DNA from: Scenedesmus sp. PABB004
Lineage: Eukaryota
DNA: 64,000 bases
NCBI GenBank assembly: GCA_014905635.1
Contig: JABVCE010000008.1
Location: 682,001-746,000 of the forward strand
Direction: 5' to 3'
Numbering within the stretch: the stretch's first letter is position 1; each line of letters begins with the position of its first letter. The notes below the pieces were generated by a model. It did not search any database. It had not been told where the DNA came from and saw nothing but the letters and a program-made list of their open reading frames with translations. The translations under genes were made by a program, and so were the position numbers. Shown here piece after piece: positions 1-10,478 of the stretch.

Positions 1-1826
1 TGAGGTCGAGCAGCGAGTCCACCGCCGCGCGCACCGCAAAGCACTGCTGCAAGCGGTTGACAAACTGCGTCTTGCTTGCCTGCAGCCGGCGCGGCGCGCG
101 GCGGGCCGGCGCGGCGGCGGGCGGCGCGCCGTCGGCGGTGTGGGCGCGCCGGGCACGGCGCGGCGCGCCGTGGTGCGCTCGGGGCCGCCTGCGCCGCGCC
201 GCGCCTGCGCGTCGTCGTCCAACACGGCCTCCACGTCGCGCAGCAGCGCCGCGAGCGCAGGCGAGCCGAGGTTGGCGCGGATCGCCTGTCGTGGCGGCGC
301 GGCGGCGCGGCGGCGCGGCGGCGCGGCGGTGCGGCGGCGCGGGTCGCGGCCTGCCGCGCCGCCTCCTGGCCCCCCGCCGCAGCGCCGCCGCGCCGCGCCT
401 TGAGCAGGTCGCTGTCCACCCAGGCCATGCTGTCAGCCATCGCCGGCAGGCAGCGCAGCACGTCGCGAAGCAGGATGACCGCCGACACGAGGCGGCCCAG
501 CCGCGCCGACGGGTCGCGCGCGCCGCCGCCCTCGCCGCTGGGGCGCAGCCCGAGGTTGCTGCAGACCTTGTCCAGATCCTTTGGCAGCGTCTCCAGCAGC
601 GCGCTCAGCTCCAGCGTGAGGTGCGGCGACTCGAGCAGCTCCTGCGTTGTCGCAGCACGGCGCCTAGGCGCGCGCGCTCGCAGGGCAGCGCGGCACGCGC
701 GGCGGCGCGCGGCGCGGCGCGCCGTGCCGCACCTGCACGCTGTCCAGCCGCAGCTCGAGCGTGGCAACGTCGGTCAGCGGCTGCAGCAGGTTGGTGCGCA
801 GCAGGCGCGCGCCGCACGCGGTGGCGGTGTGGCTGAGGAAGCCCAGCAGGCTGCCGCTGAGCGGGCTCGGCGGGCCGCCGCCGGCACCGCCACCGCCGCC
901 GGCGCCGCGCCTCCGCCCGGCTGCTGCGGCCGCGCCGCCGCCCAGCAGCGGCCGGCTGGGCGCCGTGCTCGGCAGCGCCGCCGGCTGCGCGCCGGCGAGG
1001 GCGCCGGCCGCGTGCGCGGGCGGGGCGGCGGCGCCGGCCCGCCGCTGCAGCGCGGCCGCAGCAGCACCGGCGGCGCTGCCGGCGAGCGCCTTGAGCAGTG
1101 CGGAGCGCGCGCGCGACGGCGCGAGCACCTCGAGGCTGGCCAGCGCGTCGCGGTCGATGGCCATGTGGTGGCGAATGCCGTCAAACTCGACCTGCGGCAC
1201 GCGCGGCGGCACAGGCGAGAGCTCCACGGCGCGGCGCGCCCGCGGCCGCCAGCCCCGGCGCGCCGGCGCGCCGCACAGGCGGGCCGGCGCGGCCCCCGCC
1301 GCCGCCGCCAGCGGTGCGCGCGGCGCACCTGCAGCGCGCGCGGCGCGAGCGCGAGGCCCAGGCTGCGTCGCACGTGGTGCAGCAGCGCGCCGGCCGCGCC
1401 AAAGCCGAGGTAGTGGGAGCGGTGCTGCGCGCTGCCGACGCCCAGCTGGGCGCCGGGCTCGCCTGCGGCCTCGTGGACCGTGAGGATGCCCTTGGCGTCG
1501 TCAAAGGCGCTGCGCGGCAGCGCGACCTGCTCCCAGCCCGCCGCGGCGGTGAGCTGGTTGACGCCCGCCGCGCCCGCGACCTCGTGGTGCCCGCCGCCCA
1601 CGACGACGAGCTGCCGCGGCGCCGCGGCGTCGAGGAGCAGCTGCGTGGTCGTGTAGCTGCGCCCCGCCTCCACGAACTGGCTCACGCACAGCTGCAGGCG
1701 CGGCACGTCCAGCACGGCGAGGCCGACCTCCTTCGCGCGATTCTCAATCACCGCCGCGTACGCGAGCGCGGCGGCGCCGTCTGGGGCGCCCTCCTCGCCG
1801 GGCGGAGGCCCCTGCCGGGCGGCCAT
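1..1826 (-). CDS. MSH4: MutS homolog 4 (meiotic crossover protein), 5' part; multi-exon, runs off the left edge of the window
   Basis: Spliced translation gives MAARQ...VIENRAKEVGLAVLD...SQFVEAGRSYTTT...FDDAKG...MAIDRDALASLEVL...SLLGFLSHTATACGARLLRTNLLQPLTD...RLDSVQ/ELL. These are MutS domain II/III motifs. The N-terminal mismatch-binding domain is absent, and ENRAKEVG is typical of plant MSH4. Confidence 0.88.
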
Positions 1827-2083
1827 CGCTCCAGGGCCAGCGGCGCGCGATCGCGGCGCAAGCGGCGGCGCGCGGTCGTTCGAGCGCCGCCCGCGCGCGC
1901 GGCGCTGCGCGACGACGGGCTGCGTGGCTCCCGAGGCTCCCGGTGGGAGCTAGCTCTGCGGGCGGGGCGGGGGAGGGGCGCAACAAAGGCAGCCGCCGCG
2001 ACCGCGGTTCTGCGGCGGTTGGCGCAAGTCGCGTCGTGACGAGCCGACCGACGCGCGCGGCCGGGAGCGCGCGAAAAAGGTTG

Positions 2084-2088
2084 TTACA
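2084..2088 (-). promoter_or_regulatory. TGTAA polyadenylation signal (chlorophyte type)
   Basis: TTACA on the + strand lies in a relatively AT-rich patch about 500 nt downstream of the 2590-2751 small ORF and upstream of the MSH4 start. Confidence 0.5.
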
Positions 2089-2589
2089 GCGCCAGCGGGC
2101 GCACACGCTCGGGGTCAACAACCACAACGAAAATTGGCAGTGCTCAGGGTCGTCATCGTCTGCACACGCAACTAGAGTCACGCGCCCGCCCCCGCCGCTG
2201 CGGCCCTCGCTCTGCGCTGCCTGGCAGCAGCCGCAGGCGCCGCCCCGCAGGTCCCCCGCCCGCCCCGCCCTGGCCTGGGAGCGCGTCGCCGCGCCCGCCG
2301 GCCCCCAGCACTGCTGCGCTTCTGCGCACGCTCGCCGCCGCTGCTGCGTGCCTGCTCCTGCAAGCCACCGCGGAGCGCCGCGTGCTCCTGCCTGCTCCTG
2401 CAGGCGCGGCCCGCTGGCCCTGCTGCTGCCCGGGGCGGCCCCTGCCGCCCGGGCTGGCCGCTGCTGGACGCGACGCTGCCCGGCGCGGCGCCGGCCGGCG
2501 GGCAGCTGCCGCAGCTGCGAAAGCCTCGCCGCCGCCGCCCTGGCTCAACGCCGGGCGGCGGCCGCCACGCGCCGCCGCTCGCGGCGGCC

Positions 2590-2751
2590 TCAGTCGCGGT
2601 CCATGCGGCGGTGGTCGGCGGAGGGGGAGTTGCGGCGCCGGCGCTTGGTGTTGGTGATGATAAGGGCCAGGTCCTCCTCAATCTCGTGCGGCGACAGCGT
2701 CATGGCGAAGAAGGGCCGCTTGTACGGCAGCTGCTGCGCTGGGGGCGGCAT
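2590..2751 (-). CDS. Small (53 aa) DUF1639-like protein; not in the ORF track; a 5' extension is possible
   Basis: ATG at 2751 to TGA at 2590 gives MPPPAQQLPYKRPFFAMTLSPHEIEEDLALIITNTKRRRRNSPSADHRRMDRD. Codon usage is coding-like. F-x-x-x-L-S-x-x-E-I-E-E-D plus a basic tail resembles plant DUF1639. Confidence 0.6.
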   Translation of the reverse strand: MPPPAQQLPYKRPFFAMTLSPHEIEEDLALIITNTKRRRRNSPSADHRRMDRD

Positions 2752-3198
2752 GACAGGGGCCAGCGCGCGTGCGGGCGGCCGCGGCAGCGGCGGGCAGGCC
2801 GGGCCGGCGCTCTCTGCGCTGTGCGGGCGCCGTGCGGGAGCGGGGAGCCGTGCCGAGTGCGTGTGGCGTCGCGTGGGCGGCCGACAACTGTGGCGGCGCG
2901 ACTGGCGCGGCGCCGGGGAGGCCGGCAGACGAGGCGCCGCGGGCCCTCGCGGTTCCGGGCGTGCTCACAGCGCGGCACGCCGTGGCCGGGATGCCACCGA
3001 CGAGGCAGAGATCTGGCCGTCCCTGTGAAGCACGTGGCCGAGCCCAGCCGCCCCCAGGCGAGGCGCCCGCGGTCGATGAGAGCCGCGGCGCACCGCGGCG
3101 CGCCAACCCCAGCCCGGCGGGCGGCCCTCTCCCCTCCCGCGCGTCCGCATCGCCCGCGCCCCGCGCTCGCGACCCGCGCCGAGCAGCGCCCGGGCGGC

Positions 3199-4786
3199 AT
3201 GACGGCGGCAGGCGCGGCGGCGGCGCGCTGCTGCCGCGGCGCCCGGGCCGCGCGAGCGCCGCTGCCAGCGCCTCACCCGCTGCTGCCGCCCGACCGCGCA
3301 GCCAAGCTGGATCCCTCGCCGGAGGTGCTGCAGCTCTGGCGCACCGCGCAGGTGCGCCGCCGCGCGCTGCCTCCCTGCCCAGCGCGCCACCCCACGCGCG
3401 GCCCACGCTCGTGCGCGTCCGCCGCCCCCTGCTGCTGCACAGGCGGTGTGCTTCGACGTCGACAGCACGTTGTGAGCGCGCCCGCGCCGCAGCGCACGGC
3501 GGCGGCGGGCCAGCGCTTCGGCGCCTGGGTCGCCGCTCGCCTGACCGCCCTCGCCCTGCCGCGCCGCCCGGCCGCGCCGCAGCTGCTGCGACGAGTCCAT
3601 CGACGAGATCGCGGCCTTCCTGGGCGTGGGCGAGCAGGTGGCGGCGCTCACGGCGCAGTGAGTGCGGCGGGCACGACCGGCGCGGCGGGGGGACGCCGCG
3701 GCCGCGACCGCGGCCGCGGCGGGGCGCCGAGTGCGGCCGCCGCCGCCGCGGGCGGGCGCGCAGGGCGATGGGCGGCTCGGTGCGCTTCCAGGACGCCCTG
3801 GCGTCGCGGCTGGGCATCATGGGCCTCTCGCAGCAGAAGCTTGATCAGTTCCTCAAGCAGCACCCCGCGCAGCTGTCGCCGGGTGCGCCCGCGCCGCCGC
3901 CGCGCGCGACACCGCGCGCGCGACACCGCGCGCGCCGCGCCCGCGCCGCGGCGCGGCCGAGCCCGCCCCCTCGCCGCGGCGCGGCCGCGCCGCAGGCATC
4001 CCCGAGCTGGTGCGCGCGCTGCAGGCGCGCGGCACCGCGGTCTTCCTGGTCAGCGGGGGCTTCCGCCAGGTCATCCACCCCATCGCCGAGGCCCTGGGCA
4101 TCCCGCTGAGCCACGTCTACGCCAACCAGCTGCTCTTCAAGGCGCGCGCAGCGACGCCGCGACGCAGCACGCACAGCACGCGGCGCCCCGCGGCCGCGGC
4201 GCCCGGCGCGGCGGCCGCGGCGGGACGCAGGGCGCCCCGGCGCTCTCAGCGCCGCCACCGCCGCCGCCGCCGCCGCCGCTGCGGGTCGCGCAGGAGGACG
4301 GGAGCTACGCTGGCTTTGACGCAGCCGAGTTCACCTCGCGCAGCGGCGGCAAGGCAGAGGCGGTGCGCGACATCAAGGTGCGCCGGCGGCCGCGCGTTGC
4401 TTCGGCTCGGTGGCGCCGCCGCCGCCGCCGCCCTCCTGCCCGCCTGCCTGCCCGCTGAGAGGCGCGGCCCACGGCCCGCCTGCCCGCCAGGCCAAGTACG
4501 GCTACGAGCGCATCGCCATGGTCGGCGACGGCGCGACCGACATGGAGGCGCGCCAGCCCGACGCCGCCAACATCTTCATCGGGTGCGCCGCGCCGCCGCG
4601 CCAGCGCTCGCGGCGGCGCCGCGCTCGCGCGCGCGCGCTCCCGCGCGCTGCGGCGCGCGCACTGCCGAGCCCCGCCGCCTCCACCGCCGCAGGTATGGGG
4701 GCGTGGTGGAGCGGGCCAACATCGCCGCGCAGGCCGACTGGTACCTCTACAGCATCCAGCCCCTCACCGACGCGCTGCAGGCGTGA
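3199..4786 (+). CDS. PSP: Phosphoserine phosphatase (HAD family), multi-exon, with probable transit peptide
   Basis: HAD motif I AVCFDVDST, then ESIDEIAAFLG, AMGGSVRFQDAL, LVSGGF, motif IV MVGDGATDMEAR and YGGVVER. Stop at 4786. Confidence 0.95.
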
Positions 4787-5134
4787 GCACGTGCACGCCG
4801 CGGCATGCTGCGCACCGCAGCGGCGGCGGGCGGGGCGGCGGGGGGCGTGCACGTGCGTGCGTGCGCGGGCCAGCTGCGGGCGCGGGCGGCATTCCTTGGG
4901 GGCTGGATCACCGCCCGGTGATCCAGCCGGCGCTGGGTGGTGGTGGAGGCTGGCGGCAGCGAGCTGAGAGCCAGCTGGGGCGCGCACGTGCGGCGGGCGC
5001 GCCTGCTGCAACTCCCGCGACAGCTCCGTTGCCCGCTGAGCCTCGGCTGAGCCCACCACAAGCCAACTTTAGTTAAGTCCGCGCATCCGATTCTTCGGCG
5101 CCGCCCGCCCGCCCGACTGTCGCCCGCGCGCTCG

Positions 5135-8100
5135 TCACGCCTCCTTGGTGATGAGCACGATTGCCGAGTGCGCCGCGACGCCGTACGTCCCCTGCACGCC
5201 CGCGTTGCCGCCGGGCGTGATGTCGCGCGGCGGCGGCAGGTTGGTGTCGACGAGGCGGCACCACTTGCGCCCCGCCGGCGGCTTGGGCAGCGTGGCGGGG
5301 ACCTCAAAGCCGTGCGCGTTGAACGCGACGAACACGTCGCCGCACCCGCTGCCCTGCGCGCGGCGACGCGCGGCGCGGCGGGCGCAGGGGTGAGCAGGCG
5401 CAGGCAGGCGCGCGGGCGGCGGCGGGGGCTGCGTGGGGTGGGGTCGAGCGCGCCTTGGTGTCGTGCAGCGTCCACATGAGGAAGCGGGAGTCGGGGTTCT
5501 GCCAGTTGTTCTCGTGCCACGTGATGTCCTTGGGCCTGCGCGGTGCGGCGTGCGCGCCGAGTGCGTGAGCGCGCGAGCGCGCAAGCGCGGGCACAGCCGC
5601 GCGCCGCCGCGGCCGCTGCGCGGCGGTCGCACCCCGGGAAGGTCTCGCGCGCGAGCATGGGGCAGGACCGCCGGAACTTGATGAGCTCGCTTGTGAAGCG
5701 CAGCAGCGCGGTGCGCCGCTCGTCGTCCTCGCCCGGCCAGTGCATGTGGCTGAGCTCGGTGTCGTGGCCGTACCAGTTGTTGTTGCCGTGGTGCGTGATC
5801 GCCACCTCGTCGCCTGCGGCCGTCGCGCGGCGGCCGCGGCGGCGGCGGCGGGCCTTTGGGGCGCGGGCGCGCGCGCAGCACGCGCGGCGCGGCGGGGCCA
5901 GCCCCACCGCACGTCGCGCGGTCGGGCGCGCCCGGCGGCAATGTGAGGCACGCACCCATGACCATCATCGGCGTGCCCACCGCCATCAGCAGCGCGGTGA
6001 GGTAGTTGCGCATCTGCTTGAAGCGCAGGCCGAGCACGCCGCCGTCCTTGGTCGGGCCCTCGACGCCGCAGTTCCAGCTGAAGTTGTCGTTCGAGCCGTC
6101 GTTGTTGCCCTCGCCGTTGGCGCCGTTGTGCTTGGCGTTGTACGAGACCAGGTCGGCGAGGCTGAAGCCGTCGTGCGCGGTGACAAAGTTGACGCTGTGC
6201 GCCGGCTGGCGCGCGTTGCTCGCGTACAGGTCGGCACTGCCAGACATGCGCGTCGCGAAGGCGCCCTTCAGGCCTGTGCCGGCGCGTGGGCGGCGGCGGC
6301 GGCGTCCGGGCGGGCGGCGGCGGGCGGCAGCAGCGGCAGCAGCGCCGGGCGGGAGGCAGCAGCGGCGCCGGGCGGGCGGGCGAGCGCGGTGGCTGGGCGG
6401 GCGGCGCGCACCCGGCTCGCCCTTGACGAATCGCCGCACGTCGTCGCGGTATTTGCCGTTCCACTCGGCCCACACGTCCCAGTTGGGGAACGACCCCACC
6501 TGCGCGCGCGCCGCGCAGGGGAGCGGGCGCGCGCGCTCGGCGGCCGGCCGCCGCCGCGCGCCAGCGCGCCAGCGCGCCAGCGCGCGTGCGCGTGCGCGTG
6601 CGCGTGCGCGTGCGCGTGCGCGTGCGCGTGCGCGTGCGCGTGCGCGTGCGCGTGCGCGTGCGCGTGCGCGTGCACGTGCGCGTGCGCGTGCGCGTGCACG
6701 TGCGCGCCTGGTACATGCCGAGGTCCCAGGGCTCGGCGATGAGGTGCACGCGGCTGAGCACCGGGTGCTTCGCGATCTCCCGGATCAGCGGTGGCGCCGT
6801 GAGCGGGCGGCCCTTGGAGTCTGCGGCCGCGCGCGCGCGGCGTGTGGGGACGCTGCGCCGCGCTGCACCGCGCGGCCAGCGGCGGCGTGGGCAGCGACAG
6901 CGCCAGCGCCGGGCGCGCAGCGGGCGGGGCGGGCGCGCGCACCGCGGCAGAGGCAGGAGGCGAGGTCGAAGCGGAAGCCGTCGACGTGAAACTCCTCCAC
7001 CCAGCGCACGAGCGAGTCGATGATGAGCGACTTGACCACCGGGTGGTTGGCGTTGACCGTGTTGCCGCACCCGCTGCACTCCCGCGGGCGGGCGGGCGGG
7101 CGGGCGGCGGGCGCGTCGGCGTGCGAGCGGGCACGGGGCGCCGCGGCGCCGGCGGCGCCGCCGCCGCTGCGCCACGGCAATCGCTGCTGATACGTCAACG
7201 CGGCGGACGCGCCTGAAGTTGATGAGCTGCACGTACTGGCTCGGGTCGACCATGTAGTAGGTCAGGTTGTCGATGCCCCTGCGCGTGCGCAGGCCGCCAC
7301 AGCAGCAGCGGGCCCGGCGCCGTCGGCGCGGCGCCGGCGGTCGCGGCGCGGCGGTCGCGGCGCGCTGCGCGCGGGGCACCCGCGCACCGCATGGAGATGG
7401 TGTACGGGTGCTTGTCGTCCAGCTCGGCGGTGTGGTTGTACACCACGTCCAATATGACCTGGATGCCGCGGGCATGCAGCCTGCGGACCGGCACGGTGGC
7501 GTCGGTGGCGGCGGCGTTGATCGGCTGGCCGGCCCGCCCGCCCGCCCCGCCCGGCCGCCCGCGGGCGGCGCGGCGCGGCGCGGCGCGGCGCGGCGCGGCG
7601 ACTCACGCCTTGACCATCTCCTTGAACTCGGCCGCCGCCGCGGCGGGGCCGGCGCCGGGCGAGGCGAAGCGCGACATCGGGGCCATGAAGCTGACGTGGC
7701 TGTAGCCCCACACGTTGACCATGTGCTGCCGAGGGTTGGGCCAGCGCTGCAGCTCCAGCTCGTCGTACTCAAACACGGGCAGCAGCTCCACCGCGTTCAC
7801 GCCCAGGTCCGCGAGGTAGTCGGCCTGGCGACGTGGAAGCGGCAGCGGCGGCGGCGGCGGTGGCGGTGGCGGCGGTGGCGCGGCGGCACCCCTGCCCGCG
7901 CCCGCGCGCCGCCCCGCCGGCGCCGGCGCGGGTGCAGCCGCGCCGCGGCGCGCCACCTTGTCGGCGACGCCGAGGTAGGTGCCGCGCCGCTCGGGCGGCA
8001 GCCCGCTGGACGCGCTGGCGGTGAAGCAGCGCACGCTCATCTCATAGATGACGAGGTCCTTCAGCGCGTGCCCGGGGCGGGCGTAGTCGGAGCCCCAGTC

Positions 8101-9333
8101 GAACGAGGCGTCAAAGTCAAACGTGCCCCACCAGGTGCTGCCCTTCTGCGGGCGCGGCGGCGCGCGCGGCGGCGGCGAGCAGCAGCTCAGCGGCGCGCCG
8201 AGCGCGCTGCTGCGCGGCGGCAGTGGCGGTGGCGTTGCCCGCGGCGGCGGCGCTGGCGCAGCGGCGCGAGCGCGCCGCTCACGTTGAGCTCAAACCACTC
8301 GCGCTCGTCGCGCGTCGCCCAGGTGTCGCGGCCCGCGACCAGCGGCGCGCGCGGGTCGAGCAGCAGGCGCTTGCTGTCCCAGCGGTACCCGCTGTCCCAG
8401 CCGCCCTTGCCCGCGACGCGCAGCGCGTACCACACGCCGCTGCTCGGCAGGCCCTCCACCGCGACGTGCCACACGTCGCCTGCGCGCGCGGCGGCGGCGG
8501 CGGCGCGGCCGCGCGCTCCTCGGGGCTGCGGCGCACGCGCACGCGCGGCGGCGGCGGCGGCGGCGGCTGCTGCGCGCAATCTGCACGCAGCCAGCCGGCA
8601 GGGCGGGGCGGGGCGGGGCGGGGCGGGGCGGGGCGCACCCGTCTTGTTCATCGGCACCTCCTGCTGGCTGCCGTCCGCGGGGTTGCGCAGCACCAGCGCC
8701 ACCGACGCCGCGCCGCCAGAGTAGACAGCGAAGTTCACGGCGCCGCCGGCGCGGCTCGGCCCCAGCGGCTCGGGCGCGCCTGCGCGGCGCGGCGCGGCGC
8801 GGCGCGGCGCGGCGCGGCGCACGCGGCGGCAGGCTCGCGAGCGGCGCGGCAGCGGCGCGGGAGCGGCTCGCGCGAGCGCCGCCGCGCGGCGGCCCCCACC
8901 TTTGCTGATGCTGGTGTAGCTGCCCGCGCTGACCATCGCCGCGGGCACCGCAGAGCTGCGCAGCGCCACGCACCGCGGCGCCGAGCCGCTGCGCGCCGCC
9001 GAGCCTGCCGCCGCCGTCGCGGCGCCGCCCCGGCGGCCGTGCGCCGCATGGCCGCCGATGATCTGCTGCGTGACCGCTGCCGCGGCGCCACGTGCCCGGG
9101 CGGCCGGGCGCGGCAGCTGCGACGCGCGGCGGCGGCGGCGCGAGCAGCGGCGACGGTTTCGCCAACCGCTCCGACGCGCAGCTCTCGCGCCCGCCGCAGC
9201 GCCCGCGCAGCAGCCGCGCCGGCCCCGACACGCCCGACCCTCGCACCTGGGCGCCCAGCGAAGCGCCCACGCCGCCGCGCTGCGGCCGCGCGGGCGCGGC
9301 GCCGCCGGCAGCTGTCGCGGGCGCGCGCTGCAT
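5135..9333 (-). CDS. ISA3: Isoamylase 3 (GH13 starch debranching enzyme), multi-exon, with transit peptide
   Basis: Contains [108 protein letters not shown] and SWNCGVEG. The DDKHPYT and PNWDxWAEW motifs are ISA3-like. The start at 9333 (MQRAPATA...) is inferred from splicing. Confidence 0.9.
6581..6706. repeat. (CGTGCG)n hexanucleotide microsatellite in an ISA3 intron
   Basis: About 20 near-perfect tandem copies directly after the GC donor site. Confidence 0.95.
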
Positions 9334-10478
9334 GCTGCTGCCCGCGATCGAGCGCCGCGGGTGGCGTGCGTGGGACCGCGTCCGACGCCCGAGCAGAGCG
9401 CCCCTGGCGCGGGCGCTTCCGGCAAGTCGGAGGGCGGGTGCCGAAGCCGGCCGGCGGGCGAGAGCGCACACGCCGCGGAGGCCGGCGCACGACCGAGGTC
9501 TGCGCGGCGGAACGGGGCAGGCGCGGGAGGCGCTGCGGGCGGCGCGCGTCGGTCGGCGGCGGCGCAAGCGGGCGAGCCCTAGCCCGCTGCGGCGCCGTTC
9601 GTCGTTGTGAGAAGCGGCCAGGGGGCCGAACGCCCTGTGAGGTGGCAGCAGCAGCAGCGCTCGCGGCCGCCGTCGCGAGGTGCCGGGCTCGGGCGGCGAG
9701 CGGCAGCGGCGCCGGCGCTGCGGCAGCCTGGCGCCGCGGCCGGCCGACCGGCGGCCGGCCGCGTGGTGCAGCGCCCGCGGTCCCATGCAGGCCCGCGGAT
9801 GAGGTGCCCGCACGGCGCTCGGCCGCGGCCCGGAGCGGCCGGCCCCCGCCGGCGCAGCGCGGCGCCCAGCGCGCCGCCCGGCGCCGGCGCCGGTGCGGCC
9901 GCGCGGGCGGCCGCGCGTCAGCCCGGGGTGGTCGGCGGCGTGGCGCGGTGCCCTCGGGCCCGCAACGGCGGTGGGCGGCGCGGTTCGCCGCTGCGCCGCG
10001 GCGCCGGCCCCCTTCAGCGCGGCGCGCCTCCACACTGGCACTCGCTGCGACCAGGTCCTGCAAGCCGCGCCGCACGCACGGCGCGGGCGGCAGCTCACGC
10101 AGCGCACGCACCACACGGAGCGCACGGGCGATTTTGGTCGAACACCCGCGCAGCGACCGGCCGGCCCTGCGCGCAGAGGCCCCGGCACGCCCCGCCAGCA
10201 CTACCCGGAGGTCGGCAGTGATGCAGGCAAGTCTTCACTCGCGGCGCCGGGGCAACGCGGCGCGGGGCGGCGCGGCCCGGCTGCGGGAGCGCGCCAGTCC
10301 GCGCAGCAGGCCCCAGGCGGCACCCCAGCCCGCGCCCAGCTCGCTGCAGCTCGCGCACAGCCCCAAGCACCGTTGAGCCTCGCGGCTGCGCGGCGGCGGC
10401 GAGTTCGCAGCGCCGGCCCGCGCGCTCGCGCGGACCGCGCCTCACGCGCCGCGCCGCGCTGCGCACGCTGCCCTGCAG

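Noticed and set aside
3655..3665. In-frame TGA in PSP, suggesting selenocysteine or readthrough
   Set aside because: The TGA is part of a canonical GTGAGT splice donor. Splicing restores the frame.
7565..7600. Recurrent (GCGCG/CCGCG)n pentamer runs in many introns as an introner-like mobile element
   Set aside because: The introns share only low-complexity composition, not alignable sequence or terminal repeats.
9340..10470. Possible extra gene between ISA3 and the kinase
   Set aside because: No exon shows coding-like composition or a recognisable motif. The region is better explained as a divergent promoter, 5' UTR and first intron.
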